Shown here: piece after piece, positions 18,852 through 26,192 of the stretch
Layout of the letters: every line of letters begins with the position of its first letter
Numbering within the stretch: position 1 is the stretch's first letter
NCBI GenBank assembly: GCA_902772915.1
Contig: CACYCE010000004.1
Coordinates: forward strand, 10,746 to 74,745
Direction: 5' to 3'
Length of the DNA: 64,000 bases
Source of the DNA: an uncultured Erysipelotrichaceae bacterium
GTDB lineage: Bacteria; Bacillota_I; Bacilli_A; RFN20; CAG-288
The notes under the pieces: model-generated
Told to the model about the DNA's origin: nothing
Seen by the model: only the letters and a program-made list of their open reading frames with translations
Database searches by the model: none
Translations under genes and position numbers: made by a program

Positions 18852-20366
18852 ATGAAATACAACTTAAAGAAAACATTTATCCTTCTAGGGTTAACTACAT
18901 TAGCCTTACCCACTTTAGCAGGGTGTAACAACAATCCTGCTTCTACCTCTGCTAATAGTAGTTCTGTTGTTTCTAGCACTTCCTCTGCGGCTTTATCTTC
19001 GATTTCTTCTCAAGCTACTAAAATCGATTATGTCAATAATGGCAGTGTTAAATTAAAGATGGATTACACTAATCGCACTTTTGAAAAAGATGGTATTGAA
19101 AAAGTGGAATTGCGTACTTGCATCGATGGTGATACTTCACATTTCAGCGCTAAATCTGGAACTATAAAGATTAGATATTACGGTGTTGATACTCCTGAAT
19201 CAACTGGTAAAGTTCAACCTTACGGTAAGAAAGCTTCTAATTTCACTAAATCTAAATTAAAAGCTGCGGCGGAAAATGGAACTATTGTTATCACCGCTCC
19301 TGATACTAAATATACAACACCTAGCTTCGATTCTACTGGTACTAGGTATTTGGGTTTGGTTTGGATTAATGAAAATGTTAAGAACGCCCCATATGATACT
19401 TTAGTCTGCTTAAATCTCTGGATTGTACAAGAAGGCTTTTCTGTTTATAAATCGTCAACTGACGCTAATTTAAGTGAATATACTCCAACTTTCATGGCTG
19501 CTGAAGAGCAAGCTAGAAAATTGAAACTCAATTATCTATCTGGTGAAGAAGATGATGGATTTAATTATGGCGCCTATGAAGAAGTCTCGCTCTTAGATTT
19601 GAAAAGAGAAGTCGTTGCTAATTTAAACGATTCTTCTCATGCTAATGCCTACGATGGTGCTAATGTTAAAGTTCAAGGCACGGTCGTCGGTTATTGTGAT
19701 AATATCTTGTATTTACAAGGTATCTTCGATGAAGAACACGGCGCTGAAAAGGGTAAGACTGAATACGCTGGTATCAATATCTTCTGTGGTATGACCGCTA
19801 TTTCTTCTAACTATACTAAAGTCGGCACATATTTAGAAGTTCCTGCTGTGGCATCTGATAGTGAAAATTTCGGATTCCAATTAGCTGGAGCTGAATTTTC
19901 TAAATATGCCGCTGATGAAAAGAAGGTCAACATCATTTACACCGCCGCGGAAAATGATGTCTATCCTCCTCACGTATTTGAATATACTGTCGATCAATTA
20001 GATGCTGTAGTTACTAATAAAGACTACGGGCCTTTATATTCACCTATCAAAGTTACTGAAGAAGTCTATTGTTATGATGCTTTCAAATCTGATAGTGGAG
20101 ATGTCACTTTATATTTGAAGAAACAAAACGCCGATGGAAGTATTACTAAGTTCCGCGCATATGTTCCTTTCACTTATAAACCTGATGCTGCAAATCAACC
20201 TACTTGGTCCTTCTCAACTGCAGAAGAATTTGAAAATCGTCGATATAATATCACCGGTATTTATTCTTGCCACAAAGTTACTAATTCCGATGGTTCAGTC
20301 AAGAGATTAGATATGCAATTAATTCCTCGCGGATCTCAAGACTTGGTCTGCTTGGACTTAGATTAA
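18852..20366 (+). CDS. Thermonuclease (SNase-like) lipoprotein with C-terminal OB-fold-like domains
   Basis: Lipobox LAG-C; SNase motifs IDGDT, IRYYGVDTPE, TRYLG; ends QLIPRGSQDL. Confidence 0.88.
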   Translation: MKYNLKKTFILLGLTTLALPTLAGCNNNPASTSANSSSVVSSTSSAALSSISSQATKIDYVNNGSVKLKMDYTNRTFEKDGIEKVELRTCIDGDTSHFSAKSGTIKIRYYGVDTPESTGKVQPYGKKASNFTKSKLKAAAENGTIVITAPDTKYTTPSFDSTGTRYLGLVWINENVKNAPYDTLVCLNLWIVQEGFSVYKSSTDANLSEYTPTFMAAEEQARKLKLNYLSGEEDDGFNYGAYEEVSLLDLKREVVANLNDSSHANAYDGANVKVQGTVVGYCDNILYLQGIFDEEHGAEKGKTEYAGINIFCGMTAISSNYTKVGTYLEVPAVASDSENFGFQLAGAEFSKYAADEKKVNIIYTAAENDVYPPHVFEYTVDQLDAVVTNKDYGPLYSPIKVTEEVYCYDAFKSDSGDVTLYLKKQNADGSITKFRAYVPFTYKPDAANQPTWSFSTAEEFENRRYNITGIYSCHKVTNSDGSVKRLDMQLIPRGSQDLVCLDLD

Positions 20367-20376
20367 GGAGGAATAT

Positions 20377-20853
20377 ATGTATTGTTATCACTGCGGTTTA
20401 GAAATCAATGAAAAAGCTATCGAAGCTAAGTCTTCATCTCTAGAAAAGAACAAAGAAGTTATCAATGAAGAAACTCAAGTTAGTTATATTTGCCCTAGAT
20501 GTGGACATTTGATTCATCAAGGACATTCTGAGCAAGACTTGAAGAGCTTAGCTGCAGCCTCTCACGCTGAAATTCAAAGGGGAAGAAATTCTTTTGCTAT
20601 CGGTATGGGTTTTACGGTCATTGGTGCAATATTATTAATTTTAGCTTTCATCTTCTTTAGACTTTCATATAAGCCTGGTATGTTAAATCAATTAGTTGTT
20701 AATTGCCCTGAATTCTACGTTGCTATGATTCTATTTGGCGTCTCAGGCGTTATGCTAATCTATGGAATAATCAAAGTCTGCTTAGGCTTAATTAAAAGAA
20801 GAAAATACGAGAGAGTTTTGAAGGATCTCCAATTAAAAACCTTCGTTCAATAA
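20377..20853 (+). CDS. Hypothetical zinc-ribbon membrane protein
   Basis: CYHC and CPRC pairs followed by two TM segments; GGAGG RBS. Confidence 0.75.
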   Translation: MYCYHCGLEINEKAIEAKSSSLEKNKEVINEETQVSYICPRCGHLIHQGHSEQDLKSLAAASHAEIQRGRNSFAIGMGFTVIGAILLILAFIFFRLSYKPGMLNQLVVNCPEFYVAMILFGVSGVMLIYGIIKVCLGLIKRRKYERVLKDLQLKTFVQ

Positions 20854-20950
20854 TCATACGGTATTAACGAATAAATCTTTTTCGTCAATATATAGTCCTA
20901 TCTTTATTAGAGGGACAAAAAATTAAGTAAGTGTGAAGAAAGGAGTAAAT

Positions 20951-22498
20951 ATGAACAAAAAAGTTCTCACAATTGCTACGTTGTTTGCTGTTTCATTAGG
21001 AGGGTTAGCCGCTTGTAATAAGGGGGGTTCTAGCGTCGCTTCTTCTGCTGCGTCCTCGGCAGCTGTTTCAAGTGCTGTCGTCTCTTCTGTCTCTTCGGTA
21101 AGCTCTATCACCCCTGTCTCTGTCAATTCTGTAGCTATCAATAACAAGACTGCTTTACAAAAAGAATGGCACATTGGTGAAGCTAACAGAATGATTGAAT
21201 TAACTGTCGATCCTGAAGTTAATATCGCTTCTTTAGTTCAAAAAGGTCAATTAACTGTTACTTCCAGCGATACTAGTAAGGTTGCTGTTAACGGATTATA
21301 TTTATCACCTGTTGGAGTTGGTAAATCTAATATCACTGTCACTATCGGTAGTGCTAGTGCTACTGTTGAAGTTGAAGTTTCAGAAACTATTCCTGTTAAT
21401 AAACATACTGATGCTACCGTTGCTTCCGCTGTTGCTGCTGCTAAATTATTAGGCGATGGTGGAGCTTGGGAAACTACTGATATTTATACTATCACTGGTT
21501 TTGCTGCTAACGTTGTCAATAGCAAATATGGTAACTTCGATATCTACGATCCTGTCACTGGTGATATGTTAGTTATCTACGGTTCTTCTACTACCAATCC
21601 TTGGGTAATCTCCAAAGCCAAGAATTCCGCTGGTGCAGATGTTGAATATAGTTATGTTTTCAAAAATCCTCAAAATTTCAAATATGGTGAAACTTTCGTT
21701 GAAGGTGATTTAGTTACTATTGATGTCACTTTATGTAATTATCATGGTAAGTATGAAGGTAATGGCCATGTCACTAAAGTTGTCAAGAACGCTGAAACTA
21801 CTCAAACTTACAAAGCCTCTATTAAAGCAGGTGAGCACGGTACTGCTACTTTAGCTAAGACTGAAGGCCTCAAGTTCAATGAATCAGTCGCTATCAATAT
21901 CACTCCTGATGAAGGTTACGTTGTTGATAAAGTTACTGCTGATGGTACCAAAGTCAATCCTGATAATGATGGAAATTATGTTTTAAAAGCTAAAGTCACT
22001 AATGCTGTTGAAGTTACTTTCAAAGAAAAACCTACCGTAGTAGCTGATGTTACTTTAAATGCTACTGCTTTAGGCGTTGGAACTAGTTATGGTTCTTCCA
22101 CTACAGACGCTTCTATTGGTGGAGCTAGTTGGAAATATGAAGCTTTGATGACTGATGGCGAGAAGAGCTACCTCCAAATGTCTAAATATACTGCCGATAG
22201 ACATTCTAGTTTTGCTAATACGAGTGCTTTATCAGCTGGCATAGATAAGATTGTCATGACTTATGGTGCTAAGAAATCTTATGATAATGAAAATGCTTTA
22301 AATGTTAAGTTCGGTACTGATGCTACTGTTGCTTCTTACACCGCTTCAGTTAATATTACTGCAGCTGATAACGGTGGAATTGTTGTTACTGTTACTCCTG
22401 ACGCCAAGACTTATACTTTCGTTTCTTTCGAAGTACCTTCTACTTATACTAAAAATGCTCAATACTGGGCTAGTGTAGAAATTTATTTAGTCAAATAA
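20951..22498 (+). CDS. Multidomain surface lipoprotein (Ig-like, OB-fold-like and beta-sandwich regions)
   Basis: ATG at 20951 after AGGAG (the ORF track starts at GTG 20933); lipobox LAA-C; Ser/Val/Ala tether. Domain calls are by eye. Confidence 0.75.
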   Translation: MNKKVLTIATLFAVSLGGLAACNKGGSSVASSAASSAAVSSAVVSSVSSVSSITPVSVNSVAINNKTALQKEWHIGEANRMIELTVDPEVNIASLVQKGQLTVTSSDTSKVAVNGLYLSPVGVGKSNITVTIGSASATVEVEVSETIPVNKHTDATVASAVAAAKLLGDGGAWETTDIYTITGFAANVVNSKYGNFDIYDPVTGDMLVIYGSSTTNPWVISKAKNSAGADVEYSYVFKNPQNFKYGETFVEGDLVTIDVTLCNYHGKYEGNGHVTKVVKNAETTQTYKASIKAGEHGTATLAKTEGLKFNESVAINITPDEGYVVDKVTADGTKVNPDNDGNYVLKAKVTNAVEVTFKEKPTVVADVTLNATALGVGTSYGSSTTDASIGGASWKYEALMTDGEKSYLQMSKYTADRHSSFANTSALSAGIDKIVMTYGAKKSYDNENALNVKFGTDATVASYTASVNITAADNGGIVVTVTPDAKTYTFVSFEVPSTYTKNAQYWASVEIYLVK

Positions 22499-22517
22499 TT
22501 ACTGAATAAAAATCTAT

Positions 22518-22544
22518 AAGGTCACTCGCGAGAGTGGCCTTTTT
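22518..22544 (+). terminator. Intrinsic terminator closing the ABC/nuclease locus
   Basis: AAGGTCACTC-GCGA-GAGTGGCCTT plus T-run. Confidence 0.9.
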
Positions 22545-22585
22545 CTATACCTAAAAAGAATTAAATCTTTTATAATTAAATCGAT

Positions 22586-23485
22586 ATGATATACACAGTA
22601 ACTTTTTCACCTTCCATCGATTATTTTGTTAAATTAGATGATTTTGAGGTTAATAAAATTAATAGAAGTAAAAGTGATTTCTTCTGCCCAGGAGGTAAAG
22701 GAATTAATGTCTCTTTAATACTTAATAATCTGGGATGCAAATCTGTATGTTTAGGATTTGTCGGAGGTTTTACAGGGAAGTATATAGAAGAAAATTTAAA
22801 TAGGAAGGGAATAGAGACTTCTTTTATCCACATTGAAGGGAATTCTAGAATAAATGTTAAGATTAACGATTTAAAATATGAGACTGCTTTAGATGGAACA
22901 AATCCCTGTTTAAAAGAATCTGATATAGATGAATTAGTGAACCAATTATCTAGATTAAATAAAGGTGATTTAGTATCGTTCAACGGTAGATTTCCTAAGA
23001 TTGTTTCTCAAAGGAGAATAGAGGAGATTTTCTCTTTATTAAATAAAAAAGAAATTGAATTTATTATCGATACTTCTTCTCCTCACTTAGAGCAAATATT
23101 AAAATACAAACCGTTTTTAATAAAGCCTAACAAAGAAGAGCTAGAAGAGGTTTTTAGCAAGAAAATTGATTCTTCTAAAGAATTAGTAGATAAACTTAAA
23201 GAATTAGTCTCTAGAGGCGTAAAAAACGCCATATGCTCTTTAGATAAAGATGGAGCAATCCTGGTTAATAAAGATGAAGTAATAATTCTCAATTCTTTTA
23301 AAGGGAAAGTAATTAAGACTGTGGGTTGTGGAGATTCTTTAGTTGGGGGATTCATTTATAAATATTTAGAATCTAAAGATGTTAAAGAGGCTTTTAAATA
23401 TGGAGTAAGCGCAGGATGTGCTAGCGCCTTTTCTACTTCTTTAGCAACTAGAGAAGAGATTGAGAGATTATATAGACAACTCTAA
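22586..23485 (+). CDS. 1-phosphofructokinase-family (PfkB) hexose kinase
   Basis: GGKGINVS, SRINVK, IKPNKEEL, TVGCGDS. Confidence 0.9.
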   Translation: MIYTVTFSPSIDYFVKLDDFEVNKINRSKSDFFCPGGKGINVSLILNNLGCKSVCLGFVGGFTGKYIEENLNRKGIETSFIHIEGNSRINVKINDLKYETALDGTNPCLKESDIDELVNQLSRLNKGDLVSFNGRFPKIVSQRRIEEIFSLLNKKEIEFIIDTSSPHLEQILKYKPFLIKPNKEELEEVFSKKIDSSKELVDKLKELVSRGVKNAICSLDKDGAILVNKDEVIILNSFKGKVIKTVGCGDSLVGGFIYKYLESKDVKEAFKYGVSAGCASAFSTSLATREEIERLYRQL

Positions 23486-23684
23486 GGTCTTTTGATGTTA
23501 TAACTAACTTATTGTTTTTTAACTTGCAAAAATTTTTATATATTTATAATATATAAAAGCTCGAACTTGAGAGATTAAATGAAAAACAATAAATTGATTA
23601 AAATTTTTATTGCTTAAATAGCTTTCAATGTGATATTATTTATGTGCTATGGGATAATAGCGCCCTTTTTGGACGACTCATAGT

Positions 23685-23718
23685 CGTGGGAGAGGCTACT
23701 AACCTCATAAGAACCACG
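23685..23718 (+). promoter_or_regulatory. L1-binding autoregulatory leader of rplK-rplA
   Basis: CGTGGGAGAGG-loop-CCTC-ATAAGAA-CCACG, the GTGGGAG...ACCAC architecture of Bacillota rplK leaders. Confidence 0.75.
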
Positions 23719-23747
23719 CACGAAAACCATATAGGAGGAAAATTATC

Positions 23748-24167
23748 GTGCCAGCTAAAAAAATCTTGAGAACGATGAAAATCGTCTCTATGGGCGGCGA
23801 AGCCAGCCCTGCAAAGTTAGGTCAAAAATTAGGTCCCTACGGTATCGGTGGTAAGTTCTGCATGCAATTCAATGCTATGACTTCCGATAGAAGTGGCGAT
23901 TTAGTTCCTTGTATCTTAACTATCTACGAAGACAAGTCTTTCGACATTGTCTTAAAAACTACTCCGGTTACTTTCTTAGTTAAGAAGTATGCCCACATCG
24001 AGAAAGGTGCTGCAGACAAATCTAAATCTGCTGGTTCCATTTCTAGAGCAGATGTTCAAAAGATTGCCGAGTACAAGATGCCTGATTTAACTGTCGACTC
24101 TTTAGAGGCCGCTATTAGATCAGTTGAAGGTACCGTCAAATCTATGGGAGTCAAAATCGTTGACTAA
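23748..24167 (+). CDS. rplK: 50S ribosomal protein L11 (divergent N-terminal domain)
   Basis: GTG start after AGGAGG; IYEDKSF, KTTP, KMPDL, EGTVKSMG; upstream of rplA. Confidence 0.95.
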   Translation: MPAKKILRTMKIVSMGGEASPAKLGQKLGPYGIGGKFCMQFNAMTSDRSGDLVPCILTIYEDKSFDIVLKTTPVTFLVKKYAHIEKGAADKSKSAGSISRADVQKIAEYKMPDLTVDSLEAAIRSVEGTVKSMGVKIVD

Positions 24168-24181
24168 GGAGGAGATTGGAA

Positions 24182-24871
24182 ATGAAAAAATTATCTAAAA
24201 AGTACGCTGCTGCTTTAAAAGAAATCGATAGAAGCAAGAAGTATTCTGTCGCTGAAGCTGCCGCCGTCATCAAGAAAACTTCTACTACTAAATTCGACGC
24301 TCCTGTTCAAATCTGCTTCAACTTAAATTTGAACACTAAGCAACCTGATCAACAATTAAGAGGCACCATCTCTTTACCTAATGGTTCTGGTAAAACTAAG
24401 AAAGTCTTAGCTGTCACTAACACCAAGGTTGAAGAAGCTAAAGCCGCTGGAGCTGATTATGCTGGTGGAGTTGAATTATTAGAAAAGATCCAAAAAGAAA
24501 ACTGGTTTGACTTCGATGTCATCGTCGCCACTCCTGATATGATGGGTCAATTAGGTAAGATGGGTAGAATCTTAGGTCCTAAAGGTTTGATGCCTAACCC
24601 TAAATCTGGTACCGTCTCTCCTGATATCGCTACTGCTGTTAAAGAAATTAAGAATGGTAAGATTACTTACCGTACCGATAAAGATGGTAATGTCTCCTGC
24701 GCTGTCGGCTTAGTCTCCTTCACTGAAGAAGCCTTAGTTGAAAATATCAACACTGTTATCAATACCATCAGCAGAGTCAAACCTGCTTCTGTCAAAGGAA
24801 CCTATGTCAAGTCTGTCTCTTTACATACCTGCATGGGTCCTGCCGTCAAGTTAGAATACATCGTTAAGTAA
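24182..24871 (+). CDS. rplA: 50S ribosomal protein L1
   Basis: RGTISLPNGSGK, ILGPKGLMPNPKSGTV, TCMGP. ATG 24182 preferred over TTG 24176 on RBS spacing. Confidence 0.97.
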   Translation: MKKLSKKYAAALKEIDRSKKYSVAEAAAVIKKTSTTKFDAPVQICFNLNLNTKQPDQQLRGTISLPNGSGKTKKVLAVTNTKVEEAKAAGADYAGGVELLEKIQKENWFDFDVIVATPDMMGQLGKMGRILGPKGLMPNPKSGTVSPDIATAVKEIKNGKITYRTDKDGNVSCAVGLVSFTEEALVENINTVINTISRVKPASVKGTYVKSVSLHTCMGPAVKLEYIVK

Positions 24872-24906
24872 TCTAACTTATTAACCACTTTATAAGCATC
24901 AATATA

Positions 24907-25010
24907 CCTAAGACCGCAGCGGCGTATAAGCTTAATCAGGCTGCCGAGGTAGATACTAGAAATTATATTATTAATTACAATAGATCTTCGCTCCTCATAT
25001 GAGGAATCTA
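24907..25010 (+). ncRNA. L10 leader (rplJ-rplL autoregulatory RNA)
   Basis: CCTAAGACCGCAGC...TTAA...GCTGCCGAGG signature followed by a hairpin, directly upstream of rplJ. Confidence 0.8.
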
Positions 25011-25053
25011 AGTATATTGTTGCAAATATTACTAAGATAGGAGGTGTACACAC

Positions 25054-25542
25054 ATGAACGAGTCTATTCTCAATGAGAAAAAGGAAGTCGTCTCCCGTCT
25101 AGATGCCGTATTAAAGGGAAGTAAGAGTGCTATCATTGTTACTTACCACAACTTAAACGTCAAAGCTATCAACACTTTGAGAGCTGAGTTGAAGAAGAAC
25201 GGTGGAAAGATGGAAGTTGCTAAGAACACCTTAGTCAAGAGAGCTCTTGACGGGGAAAACTTAGGCAAATTAGACGCCTTACTCAAAGGCCCTAACGCTC
25301 TTATCACCGGTGAAGACGAAACCAAGATCTTAGCTTCTGTCGTCGCTTTTACTAAAAAGAACAAGGAAATGGAGATCAAAGGTGCGGTCATCGGCGGTGT
25401 TTACTGCGATGTGAACATGATTGGTAAACTTGCTACTGTACCTGATAAGGATTCTGCTATTAGCGTCTTATTATCAGTCTTACAAATGCCTGTTACCAAG
25501 TTCGCATGTGCCTTTAAAGCTTATGCTGATAGCTTACAATAA
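25054..25542 (+). CDS. rplJ: 50S ribosomal protein L10
   Basis: LRAELK, VAKNTLVKRA, LKGPNAL, IKGAVI; position in the operon. Confidence 0.95.
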   Translation: MNESILNEKKEVVSRLDAVLKGSKSAIIVTYHNLNVKAINTLRAELKKNGGKMEVAKNTLVKRALDGENLGKLDALLKGPNALITGEDETKILASVVAFTKKNKEMEIKGAVIGGVYCDVNMIGKLATVPDKDSAISVLLSVLQMPVTKFACAFKAYADSLQ

Positions 25543-25605
25543 TCAGCAAATTAGTCTATTTAGACAAAATTAAAAACAAACATCAAATTGGAGGAAAAAA
25601 TTATT

Positions 25606-25980
25606 ATGGCAAAATTAAATGCTGCTGATGTTATCGCTTCTTTAAAAGAAATGACCATTGCTGAAGTAATGGAATTAGTTGAATCTATCGAAAAGGAATT
25701 CGGTGTTACCGCCGCTGCTCCTGTCGCTGCTGCCGCTGCTGCTCCTGCTGAAGCTGCTGATGCTGCTCCTAGCGAAGTTACCCTCACCTTAAAGAGCTTT
25801 GGTGCTTCTAAGGTTAAGGTTATCAAGGAAGTCCAAAATATTACTGGATTAGCCTTAATGGATGCTAAGAAATTAGTTGATTCCGCTCCTTGCACCATCA
25901 AAGAGAAAATCTCTCCTGCTGAAGCCGATGGTTACAAGAAGCAATTAGAAGCCGCTGGCGCTGAAGTCGAAGTTAAGTAA
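25606..25980 (+). CDS. rplL: 50S ribosomal protein L7/L12
   Basis: ATG 25606 after GGAGG; EKEFGVTAAAP, KVKVIKEV, GLALMDAKKLVD, LEAAGAEVEVK. Confidence 0.97.
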   Translation: MAKLNAADVIASLKEMTIAEVMELVESIEKEFGVTAAAPVAAAAAAPAEAADAAPSEVTLTLKSFGASKVKVIKEVQNITGLALMDAKKLVDSAPCTIKEKISPAEADGYKKQLEAAGAEVEVK

Positions 25981-25988
25981 GCCTTCGC

Positions 25989-26168
25989 TCTTGATAATTT
26001 CTCTGACTGAACACGTTTATCTTGCTGACTGGGGACGTTCTACCTCAGTGCAAGATGGCGCTAGGCAGATAGCCCCACTTTTTTAAGCCGGGGCTTTATG
26101 CATATTAGAGAAAGTCAAGATTTTTATAAAAAAATCGCGTTAGACAGGGATTTTAATGCGATTTATAA
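25989..26168 (+). other. Putative structured RNA in the rplL-rpoB intergenic region
   Basis: Several complementary arms are visible (see findings); no family assigned. Confidence 0.5.
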
Positions 26169-26192
26169 ATTATCCCTAGAAGGAGAACTTAC

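Noticed and set aside
22586-23485. Orphan PfkB kinase as part of the nucleoside-foraging locus (ribokinase role)
   Set aside because: It is separated by a strong terminator, and its motifs fit the 1-phosphofructokinase/LacC subgroup better than ribokinase.
23579-23617. 12-codon mini-ORF MKNNKLIKIFIA upstream of rplK
   Set aside because: Weak RBS, overlaps promoter-like elements, no attenuator features; expected by chance in AT-rich DNA.
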